A stretch of 64,000 nt of DNA. Origin: Planctomycetota bacterium. Its GTDB lineage: Bacteria > Planctomycetota > UBA8108 > UBA1146. Below are positions 57,054-64,000 of the stretch, one piece after another. The notes beneath the pieces were generated by a model. It did no database searches and was not told the DNA's origin. It saw only the letters and a list, made by a program, of their open reading frames with translations. The position numbers and the translations under genes were made by a program. Where the stretch lies: positions 19,465 through 83,464 of the forward strand of contig CBFIET010000056.1 in assembly GCA_965661685.1 (NCBI GenBank), given 5' to 3'. The first letter of the stretch is position 1; each line of letters opens with the position of its first letter.

Positions 57054-57655
57054 GCCATCGAGAACGAGAACTGAAACTGGTGCTTGCTGACAAGGGTGAC
57101 CATACCCGCATGTGTGCAGCACTCTCTGGATTCCAGGAAGAGATCGCTCAGGCAAACATTTACTTCGATCAGCAAAGGATCCTGGCAGATCGAGGGATGA
57201 TGTTGCGCCTCCGTGTCGAAGCGACCAGGTCTTTACTCACCTTGAAGATCAAGAAATCCAGCGACCGAGGAGTCTTTGACTCGGAGGAGATCGAGCAAGA
57301 GATCGATCAGACTCTGGCACGAGACATCGAGGATGACCGGCACGATGTAGGTTCACTCGAAGCGACCCCACTGATCGATGCAAGATCGAGGTGCGGCAAT
57401 CCTCTGCTCCACCTGCAGGAGTGGGGAAGGGTTCACAACACCAGGCGGGTGTATCTGGTGGCACCGGACTGGCGAATCGAGGTCGATGAAACCGAGTTTC
57501 CCGGCGCTGTATATCGCTGGGAGATCGAGGTGGAGTGTGAAGAAGAGGTGGCGGTTCGAAAGTACCTCGAAGAGGTCGCCAGCGATGCAGGGGTGAAGTT
57601 ACACGATCAAACCGTCACCAAGGCACAGTTCCTCGATCAGATCGTGCGAAGCTGA
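57050..57655 (+). CDS. CYTH-domain (triphosphate tunnel) protein
   Basis: ERELK, QANIYFD, LRLR, LTLK, EIE, EIEVE. Confidence 0.85.
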   Translation: MSHRERELKLVLADKGDHTRMCAALSGFQEEIAQANIYFDQQRILADRGMMLRLRVEATRSLLTLKIKKSSDRGVFDSEEIEQEIDQTLARDIEDDRHDVGSLEATPLIDARSRCGNPLLHLQEWGRVHNTRRVYLVAPDWRIEVDETEFPGAVYRWEIEVECEEEVAVRKYLEEVASDAGVKLHDQTVTKAQFLDQIVRS

Positions 57656-57660
57656 GAGGT

Positions 57661-58239
57661 TCAGGAGTCGTTTTCTTGCTTCCATGGCCTGTCCTCGACT
57701 CCCATCGCCTGATTCGCTGCTCGCGCCTGAAGAAACAGCAGGTCAGAGAATCGGTTGAGAATCACGATGACATCGACGCCCTCTCCGCAAGTGCGTGAAA
57801 ATTCAACCACCCGTCGCTCTGCTCGCCGACAGGTAGTTCTCGCTCGGTGCAACTGTGCGCTGATGGCGTCGCCCCCCGGTAGGATGAACTGTTTCAGAGG
57901 AGGTAGTTCTCCCTCCCAGGTGTGAATCCAGCCGGTGACGAGATCGACGTGGGCTTGCTCGATTCTGGGCTTGCTGCCACCTTCGAGCCCGCAATCCTGC
58001 TGGGCAAGGTCGGCACCGATGGAGAAGAGCATCGATTGCATCTGTTCCAGCTGGGTAGCGATTGATTCGGGAAGTGGAGAACCGGTGTTCGATCGCATCG
58101 CCAGGCACACTCCCAGTTCGGAGTTCAGCTCATCGACGCAGCCATAGGCTTCAATTCTCGGATGATGCTTGTCGAGACGGGCAGCCCCGAGGATGCCGGT
58201 ATCTCCCTGATCACCGTTGCCGGTCGCGATCGAGTCCAT
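57661..58239 (-). CDS. PduO-type ATP:cob(I)alamin adenosyltransferase
   Basis: IATGNGDQGDT, RIEAYGCVDELNS, FILPGG, RTTCRRAERR, LNRFSDLLF. Confidence 0.92.
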   Translation of the reverse strand: MDSIATGNGDQGDTGILGAARLDKHHPRIEAYGCVDELNSELGVCLAMRSNTGSPLPESIATQLEQMQSMLFSIGADLAQQDCGLEGGSKPRIEQAHVDLVTGWIHTWEGELPPLKQFILPGGDAISAQLHRARTTCRRAERRVVEFSRTCGEGVDVIVILNRFSDLLFLQARAANQAMGVEDRPWKQENDS

Positions 58240-58251
58240 CTCGAGTCCTTC

Positions 58252-59064
58252 CTAGAGAACCACTGCGGCAGCACCGACCAGTTGGTCGTTCGATTCGACC
58301 ACCGAGTGCTCCAGCAAGAAGCCTCGCTGTCGTCCTCGTTCCACCGCATGAGATGTCGCCAGAACCAGTGGAGTTCCACCAGTGATCTGGTGATTCTCCG
58401 TTACCGCGCTTGCCAGGTCTGCAACTGCAGGATCGAGAAGGTACTTGAGGATCGAGGCATCGCCACTGATCCCATCCGATGATGGACCTGATCGATTCTC
58501 CCTGGGCAGCAATGTGCAGGCAGCAACGAGGCTGCACCCTACATCGGTGTTCAGCTGACGTCCCAGCTCCTGTCCGACACCGATGGGATCGAAATTCTCC
58601 GAATGTACCTCGGGAATCTCTATCGGTACGATTCGGCATCCAGGAATCAACACGTGGGCGATCAGGGGAGTGATGCGATGAAGCCCGGGCAGGGAATCCT
58701 CATCTTCGCCCTCGGGGATGATGTCCAGATCGCCAGGCCAGAAGGAGGCAATCCTGGCGGCCAGACGTTCATCGATGGGGGAGTCCCCGAGACTGGTGGA
58801 GAGAACACCGACAGCACGAATCCGCGGCACATCGATGGCACTGCTGCTGACGAGGACCAGGGTTCTGGGGCGAGCTCTGAGCACCACGGTATGCAGCGTT
58901 CGAGCCAGCAGTCTCACTCCATCGAGGCATTCGGTTCCAGGGACGACAGCGGTGCAGATCCCCTGGGGGATCACCTCGGGAATCGTCCAGCCCGAGACGA
59001 GTGCTTCAGTAGCTCGAGCTACTTCCTCACGGTCACGGGTAGGATCGATCAGTGGACCGCTCAA
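58252..59064 (-). CDS. Degenerate MEMO1/AmmeMemoRadiSam protein B-like protein
   Basis: [18 protein letters not shown], overall length and order match the MEMO fold; canonical His motifs are missing. Confidence 0.5.
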   Translation of the reverse strand: MSGPLIDPTRDREEVARATEALVSGWTIPEVIPQGICTAVVPGTECLDGVRLLARTLHTVVLRARPRTLVLVSSSAIDVPRIRAVGVLSTSLGDSPIDERLAARIASFWPGDLDIIPEGEDEDSLPGLHRITPLIAHVLIPGCRIVPIEIPEVHSENFDPIGVGQELGRQLNTDVGCSLVAACTLLPRENRSGPSSDGISGDASILKYLLDPAVADLASAVTENHQITGGTPLVLATSHAVERGRQRGFLLEHSVVESNDQLVGAAAVVL

Positions 59065-60233
59065 ATCGTCTCTCCAGAAGTTGAAGTAGAGGTTGGAACC
59101 GGTCGACTCGCCAGTCGCTGGTAGCCGGCGTTGCGCAGAGCCGGAATGAATCCAGCTTCCTCGATGGTATTTCTCAGCAGGTTTTCGGTAGCGGTATGGT
59201 TGGCTCCGGCAACGGAGATGACATTTTCTTCCATCATCACGGAACCGAGATCATTGGCCCCGCGCCGAAGACCCTCTCGGCCTTCATCGAGACCCACCGT
59301 CAGCCACGAAACCTGAAGATTCTTGATGTTGTCGAGGTAAATTCGGGAAACTGCAAGCCACCGTGCGTACTCCCTGGCGGAGACGCGCTCGGTGATCTTC
59401 CGGCCCAGCGGTGTGTTGTCGGGCTGGAAGGTCCAGGGGATGAAGGAGATGAATCCCTCCGTATCATCCTGCACCTCACGAACACGCTGCAGGTGCTCCG
59501 CTCTCATCCAATCCGCCTCACCCAGCCCGATCATCATCGTGGCGGTTGTCGGGATTCCCAGCCGGTGAGCGGTAGCACTGATGTCGAGCCAGTCATCGGC
59601 TCCACAGGAAGAGCGCCTTCTCTTGCGGATGACGTCGACGAGAATTTCTCCGCCGCCGCCAGGGATCGAATCGAGCCCCGCTTCCTTCAACTGGACGAGT
59701 AGAGATTCGTGATCGATTCCGGTGACGCCGGAGAGCGCGTGAATCTCGGTGGGAGAGAAACAGTGCAGGTAGAAATCAGGATGTCGATCTTTGATGCTCC
59801 TGAGCATATCGGTGTACCAGGAGAGTGGCAGATCAGGGTGCAGGCCTCCCTGCATCAGGGTTCCACTACCACCATTTGCAATCGTCTCCTCGACCTTGTC
59901 GTGGATCTCCTCGAGGCTCAGAAGATAGCCCTCTGCATCTCCAGGTTTCCGGTAAAAAGCACAGAAGGAACAGACTGAGGTGCAGATGTTGCTGTAGTTG
60001 ATATTTCGATCGACGACGTAGGTGACCGAAGAGTCGGGGTGGAACCTGGCGCGGATCGCATCCGCGGTGGCGAAAAGGGCGTCCTCCTCGGCGTGGAGGG
60101 CGAGGGCCAGGGCGTCCGCTGTCGAGATACGAATTCCGTCGCGAGCTCGATCCAGAATCTGCTGGCACTCCGATGCGGAATTGCAGGAGGGGATTACCCT
60201 CGCCTCGTCTGAATTATGAGACTCTTCGCTCAC
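59061..60233 (-). CDS. mqnC: Cyclic dehypoxanthinyl futalosine synthase (CofH-like radical SAM)
   Basis: [62 protein letters not shown]. Confidence 0.88.
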   Translation of the reverse strand: MSEESHNSDEARVIPSCNSASECQQILDRARDGIRISTADALALALHAEEDALFATADAIRARFHPDSSVTYVVDRNINYSNICTSVCSFCAFYRKPGDAEGYLLSLEEIHDKVEETIANGGSGTLMQGGLHPDLPLSWYTDMLRSIKDRHPDFYLHCFSPTEIHALSGVTGIDHESLLVQLKEAGLDSIPGGGGEILVDVIRKRRRSSCGADDWLDISATAHRLGIPTTATMMIGLGEADWMRAEHLQRVREVQDDTEGFISFIPWTFQPDNTPLGRKITERVSAREYARWLAVSRIYLDNIKNLQVSWLTVGLDEGREGLRRGANDLGSVMMEENVISVAGANHTATENLLRNTIEEAGFIPALRNAGYQRLASRPVPTSTSTSGETI

Positions 60234-60317
60234 GGTGATCCCCTTCTTTCCGGGTTATCAGGGGGGTTCCCTGTCCGGATCGTAAGGTCCGTACCGGTGT
60301 CATGCCACCGGTCCCGA

Positions 60318-60902
60318 TCACATCCGGGGAGGATTGATCCCCGTCTGCCCCTGATACTTCCCTCCACGATCACCATAGGAGGTTTCGCACTCCTCATCGC
60401 TCTCGAAGAAGAGTACCTGCGCCAGGCCCTCCTTGGCGTACACCCTTGCCGGAAGGGGAGTGGTGTTGGAAATCTCCAGGGTCACGTGTCCCTCCCATTC
60501 TGGTTCGAAGGGCGTGACATTTACGATGATCCCGCAGCGCGCATAGGTGGACTTGCCGAGGCACACGGTGATGACATTTCTTGGAATCCGGAAGTACTCG
60601 ACACTCCTTGCCAGTGCGAAGGAGTTGGGCGGGATGATGCAGCAGTCGGTGGTGATGTCGACAAAGGAGCGGTCGTCAAACGACTTCGGATCGACTACCG
60701 AGCCGTGCACATTGGTGAAGACCTTGAACTCATTGGAGACGCGGAGGTCGTAGCCGTAGGAGGAGATTCCGTATGAAATCACCCTCTGGGACTGACCATT
60801 CTCATCGGTTTTCTCTCGCACCTGGGTGGGAGAGAACGGTTCGATCATGCCATGCTCGACAGCCATTCTTCGAATCCAGCGATCAGCCTTTACTGCCACC
60901 AC
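60318..60902 (-). CDS. dcd: dCTP deaminase
   Basis: [48 protein letters not shown]. Confidence 0.95.
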   Translation of the reverse strand: MVAVKADRWIRRMAVEHGMIEPFSPTQVREKTDENGQSQRVISYGISSYGYDLRVSNEFKVFTNVHGSVVDPKSFDDRSFVDITTDCCIIPPNSFALARSVEYFRIPRNVITVCLGKSTYARCGIIVNVTPFEPEWEGHVTLEISNTTPLPARVYAKEGLAQVLFFESDEECETSYGDRGGKYQGQTGINPPRM

Positions 60903-60953
60903 ACACCTCCTCTGTTTCTCTCTTCTTGAATAAGTAAACCAACTGCGACTCGT

Positions 60954-63900
60954 TCAGGAGCAGCCGGTCGTCGATCCACAGGTGTCACAGCGAAGACAGG
61001 TACCATTTCGAACCATCGTCAACGCTCCACACTCCTGACATGGGTCGCCGGTATAACCCTTGGCACGCGATTCTTGCCGGTCCGACAGGGTCGCAACTGA
61101 CGCAGGCTCGGCTTCGAACTTTCTTCCCGCATCGAAAGACCCCGAGGGAGAAGTGTGGAATCCGCTACTGACGTCGTCACTGGAGACGGAGACCTCTTCC
61201 TCATCGGTGAACTCCGGTGGAGGCGAGGATCCAATCGCGCTGGAACGGAGATCGTCTTCTTGCACCTGGGCGAGGTCATTGCGGCCCAGGTAGTTGATGG
61301 CGAGCTCCCGGAAGATGTAATCGAGTACGCTGGTCGACATCTTGATCTTCTGATTTCCGGCGACGATCCCGTTCGGTTCGAATCGGGTGAAGGTGAACGC
61401 CTCCACGAACTCCTCCAGCGGAACTCCATGCTGCAAGCCCAGGGAGATGCAGATGGCGAAGTTGTTCATCAAGCTACGGAAGGCGGCACCTTCCTTGTGC
61501 ATGTCGAGGAAGATCTCGCCGAGCGAGCCGTCGTCGTACTCGCCGGTCCTCAGGTAAACCTTGTGTCCGCCGACGATCGCCTTCTGCGTGTAACCACTGC
61601 GACGATCGGGGAGGCGTCTCCTGCGAGCGAGGTAACGATAGACTACCTTCTCGACATTCGCTGGCATCGAGGAGGGGATCTCGGGGAGTTCCGATTCTTC
61701 CAGTTCCTCGCCCCACGATGAGAGTGGCTGCGACAACTTGCTGCCATCGCGGTACAGCGCCACTGCTTTCAGCATCGATTCCCAGCCGAGGGTGTAGGAC
61801 TGGGCGACCTCCTCCACCGAAGCTTCGGTAGGCATATTGATGGTCTTCGAGATGGCTCCCGAGATGAAGGGCTGCGCCGCAGCCATCATCAAGATGTGCG
61901 CATCCGATCGGATGAAACGCTTGCCGAGACGGCCGCACCGATTGGCGCAATCGAAGATTGCCAGGTGCTTATCCGCCAGATGTGGAGCGCCCTCGATGGT
62001 CATGGTTCCACACACGTACAGGTTTGCCGCCTCGATCTGCTGCTTGGTGAAGCCGAGGGCCTGGAGCGGATTCACCGCCCACATCGCCAGCTTGTCGCCG
62101 GTCAATCCCAGGGTGTTCTCGGCGTATCCCTCTCCGAGGAGATAATCATTGAAGGCATAACTGAGGTCGAATGCGCTCTCGAGTGTGGTCTCGATCTTCG
62201 CGATGGCCGCTTCGTCGAATCCGGCCACCCGCAGTGCAGCGTGATCGATCTCCGCTGCCCCTCGGAGACTCCTGTGCCCGGTGGCATGGTGAATGATGTC
62301 TTCGACCTGTTCCCTCGTGTAGCCAAGGATCTCCAGTGCTGGAGGCAAACTCTGGTTGATGATCTTGAAGTAGCCACCACCAGCGAGTTTCTTGAACTTG
62401 ACCAGCGCAAAGTCCGGCTCGATTCCGGTGGTGTCGCAATCCATCACCAATCCGATGGTTCCGGTAGGAGCGATCACGGTGGCCTGGGCGTTACGGAATC
62501 CGTACTTCTCGCCCATATCGAGGGCGCGGGTCCAGCATTCCCGAGCCGCCTCGGTGAGGGTCGTCGGGCAGTGGGCCGTGTCGAGAGCCCTGGGGAAGAC
62601 TGTCAGTCCCTCGTATTCCGCCACCGGAACATCGAAGGCAGCATTCTTGTGATTGCGAATCACCCTCAGCATCCCCTCGCGATTGCGTTCGAATGCCGGG
62701 AACGGACCGAGTTCCTTCGCCATCTCCGCACTGGCGGCATAGGACTCTCCGGTCAGGATGGCGGTGATCGCTCCGCAGATGCTGCGACCCTCGTCGCTAT
62801 CGTAGGGGATCCCCATGCGCATCAGGACGGTGCCCAGATTGGCGTATCCGAGGCCAAGTGTGCGGTACTCGTAGGAGCGTCTTGCGATCTCTTCACTGGG
62901 GAAGGATGCCATCAAGACACTGATCTCCAGAACGATCGTCCAGATCCGGGTGGCGTGCTGGAACGAATCGATGTCGAAGTTGCCGTCTTCGTCGATGAAC
63001 TTGACGAGGTTCAAGGAGGCGAGGTTGCAAGCGGTGTCGTCGAGGAACATGTATTCGGAGCAAGGATTGGAGGCATTGATCCGCCCATCCTGAGGGCAGG
63101 TGTGCCACTCGTTGATGGTGGTGTCGTACTGCACTCCCGGGTCGGCGCAGGACCATGCCGAGTTGGCGATGTCATTCCACAACTTACGAGCGGGAATCGA
63201 GCGGAAGACCTCTCCATCGGTGCGCTTGAGGAGGTCCCAGTCGGCGTCATTATTCAATGCTTCGAAGAAGGCATTCGGTACCCGGATGCTGTTGTTGGCA
63301 TTCTGGCCGCTGACCGTCTGGTATGCCTTTGACTCCCACCCCGTATCGAACTCCTCGAACTCGATGGAGACGATTCCCTGCTTGGCAAGCTGCAGGATGC
63401 GCTGAATCGATGGCTCCGGTACCGAGTGTGCACGCGCTTCGCGGATGGCGGCGGTCAGTCCGTTGTTGCTGGCAGGATCGACGTCGGTGGTGCGTTCCTC
63501 TCCGCTACCTTGATGGCAACTGGCGAGGACCTTGGTCAGGTAGCGGGCACAGATCCTGGAACCCGCGACCAGGGCGGCGACCTTCTGCTCCTCTTTCATC
63601 TTCCAGGTGACGAACTCCTCGATGTCCGGGTGGTCGAGATCGAGGCTGACCATCTTCGCAGCCCTGCGGGTCGTTCCTCCCGATTTGATCGCTCCCGCAG
63701 CGGCATCGCCGATCTTCAGGAACGACATCAGGCCCGAGGACTTTCCTCCTCCTGACAGCGGTTCACCTTCTCCTCGCAGGGAGGAGAAGTTGGAGCCGGT
63801 TCCCGATCCGTACTTGAAGAGCCTCGCTTCTCGGGTCCACAGGTCCATGATCCCGCCATCCCCGACGAGGTCGTCGCGGATACTCTGGATGAAACAGGCA

Positions 63901-64000
63901 TGAGGTTGCGGACGCTGGTAAGCGCTGGTGGCCTGGGTGACCTCGCCACTGCTGGGGTCGACAAAGTGGTGACCTTGTGGTGGCCCATCGATTCCGTAGG
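60954..64000 (-). CDS. nrdJ: Adenosylcobalamin-dependent (class II) ribonucleotide reductase, 5' end outside window
   Basis: Frame is open from the window end (..QPHACFIQ..); SNPCSE, TACNLAS, IAPTGTI, SKTIN, TSCPD domain, C-terminal Zn ribbon ..TTGCS. Confidence 0.96.
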   Translation of the reverse strand, partial: YGIDGPPQGHHFVDPSSGEVTQATSAYQRPQPHACFIQSIRDDLVGDGGIMDLWTREARLFKYGSGTGSNFSSLRGEGEPLSGGGKSSGLMSFLKIGDAAAGAIKSGGTTRRAAKMVSLDLDHPDIEEFVTWKMKEEQKVAALVAGSRICARYLTKVLASCHQGSGEERTTDVDPASNNGLTAAIREARAHSVPEPSIQRILQLAKQGIVSIEFEEFDTGWESKAYQTVSGQNANNSIRVPNAFFEALNNDADWDLLKRTDGEVFRSIPARKLWNDIANSAWSCADPGVQYDTTINEWHTCPQDGRINASNPCSEYMFLDDTACNLASLNLVKFIDEDGNFDIDSFQHATRIWTIVLEISVLMASFPSEEIARRSYEYRTLGLGYANLGTVLMRMGIPYDSDEGRSICGAITAILTGESYAASAEMAKELGPFPAFERNREGMLRVIRNHKNAAFDVPVAEYEGLTVFPRALDTAHCPTTLTEAARECWTRALDMGEKYGFRNAQATVIAPTGTIGLVMDCDTTGIEPDFALVKFKKLAGGGYFKIINQSLPPALEILGYTREQVEDIIHHATGHRSLRGAAEIDHAALRVAGFDEAAIAKIETTLESAFDLSYAFNDYLLGEGYAENTLGLTGDKLAMWAVNPLQALGFTKQQIEAANLYVCGTMTIEGAPHLADKHLAIFDCANRCGRLGKRFIRSDAHILMMAAAQPFISGAISKTINMPTEASVEEVAQSYTLGWESMLKAVALYRDGSKLSQPLSSWGEELEESELPEIPSSMPANVEKVVYRYLARRRRLPDRRSGYTQKAIVGGHKVYLRTGEYDDGSLGEIFLDMHKEGAAFRSLMNNFAICISLGLQHGVPLEEFVEAFTFTRFEPNGIVAGNQKIKMSTSVLDYIFRELAINYLGRNDLAQVQEDDLRSSAIGSSPPPEFTDEEEVSVSSDDVSSGFHTSPSGSFDAGRKFEAEPASVATLSDRQESRAKGYTGDPCQECGALTMVRNGTCLRCDTCGSTTGCS

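Noticed and set aside
58240-60953. Cobalamin riboswitch near pduO or nrdJ
   Set aside because: The intergenic gaps are 12-84 bp, too short; the nrdJ leader is outside the window
494-63332. Long antisense or alternate-frame ORFs (e.g. 494-1459, 3574-4557, 19485-20330, 31173-32159, 47305-48423, 61896-63332)
   Set aside because: They are shadows of well-supported genes in GC-rich DNA and carry no recognisable motifs
1-64000. Genome-wide reassignment of TGA to Trp or Gly as the explanation for the two in-frame TGAs
   Set aside because: TGA ends many conserved genes at their expected C-termini (ruvB, tgt, eno, panC, trxB), often in ATGA/GTGA overlaps, and Trp is encoded by TGG

Overview
64 kb of GC-rich bacterial core chromosome. 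The lineage is most likely Planctomycetota, inferred from a dockerin-like 'F.RGD.N.D...DISDAI' secreted protein, SpoVG with a Zn-ribbon insert and fused SecDF. About 55 genes are densely packed in operons with overlapping stop/start codons: ribBA, ruvB-spoIID-tgt-yajC-secDF, eno-ftsB-like, psd-pssA-folK-panC-ispE-spoVG, kdsA, a trxA/system II cytochrome c maturation/gph/nfo operon, fdhD, minor pilins, trxB-tatD-folE, pduO, mqnC, dcd and a 5'-truncated nrdJ. I saw no rRNA, tRNA, CRISPR, integrase or transposase. The main result is two genes that the ORF track splits at an in-frame TGA, each followed at once by a SECIS-like hairpin, so both are candidate selenoproteins. (1) A 957-aa DsbD-like protein has U-x-x-C in its thioredoxin domain (TGA 33873-33875). 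(2) A 108-aa protein with a GG-U-G motif and a C-terminal zinc ribbon (TGA 38616-38618, minus strand) is translationally coupled to nfo. A second oddity is at 1.5-5.5 kb, where two damaged B3/4-domain paralogues flank an nfeD-flotillin pair. The first is frameshifted and fused to the 3' end of a Bax-inhibitor-1 gene; the second has an internal TAG. All calls come from motif reading by eye; no database search or folding program was run.
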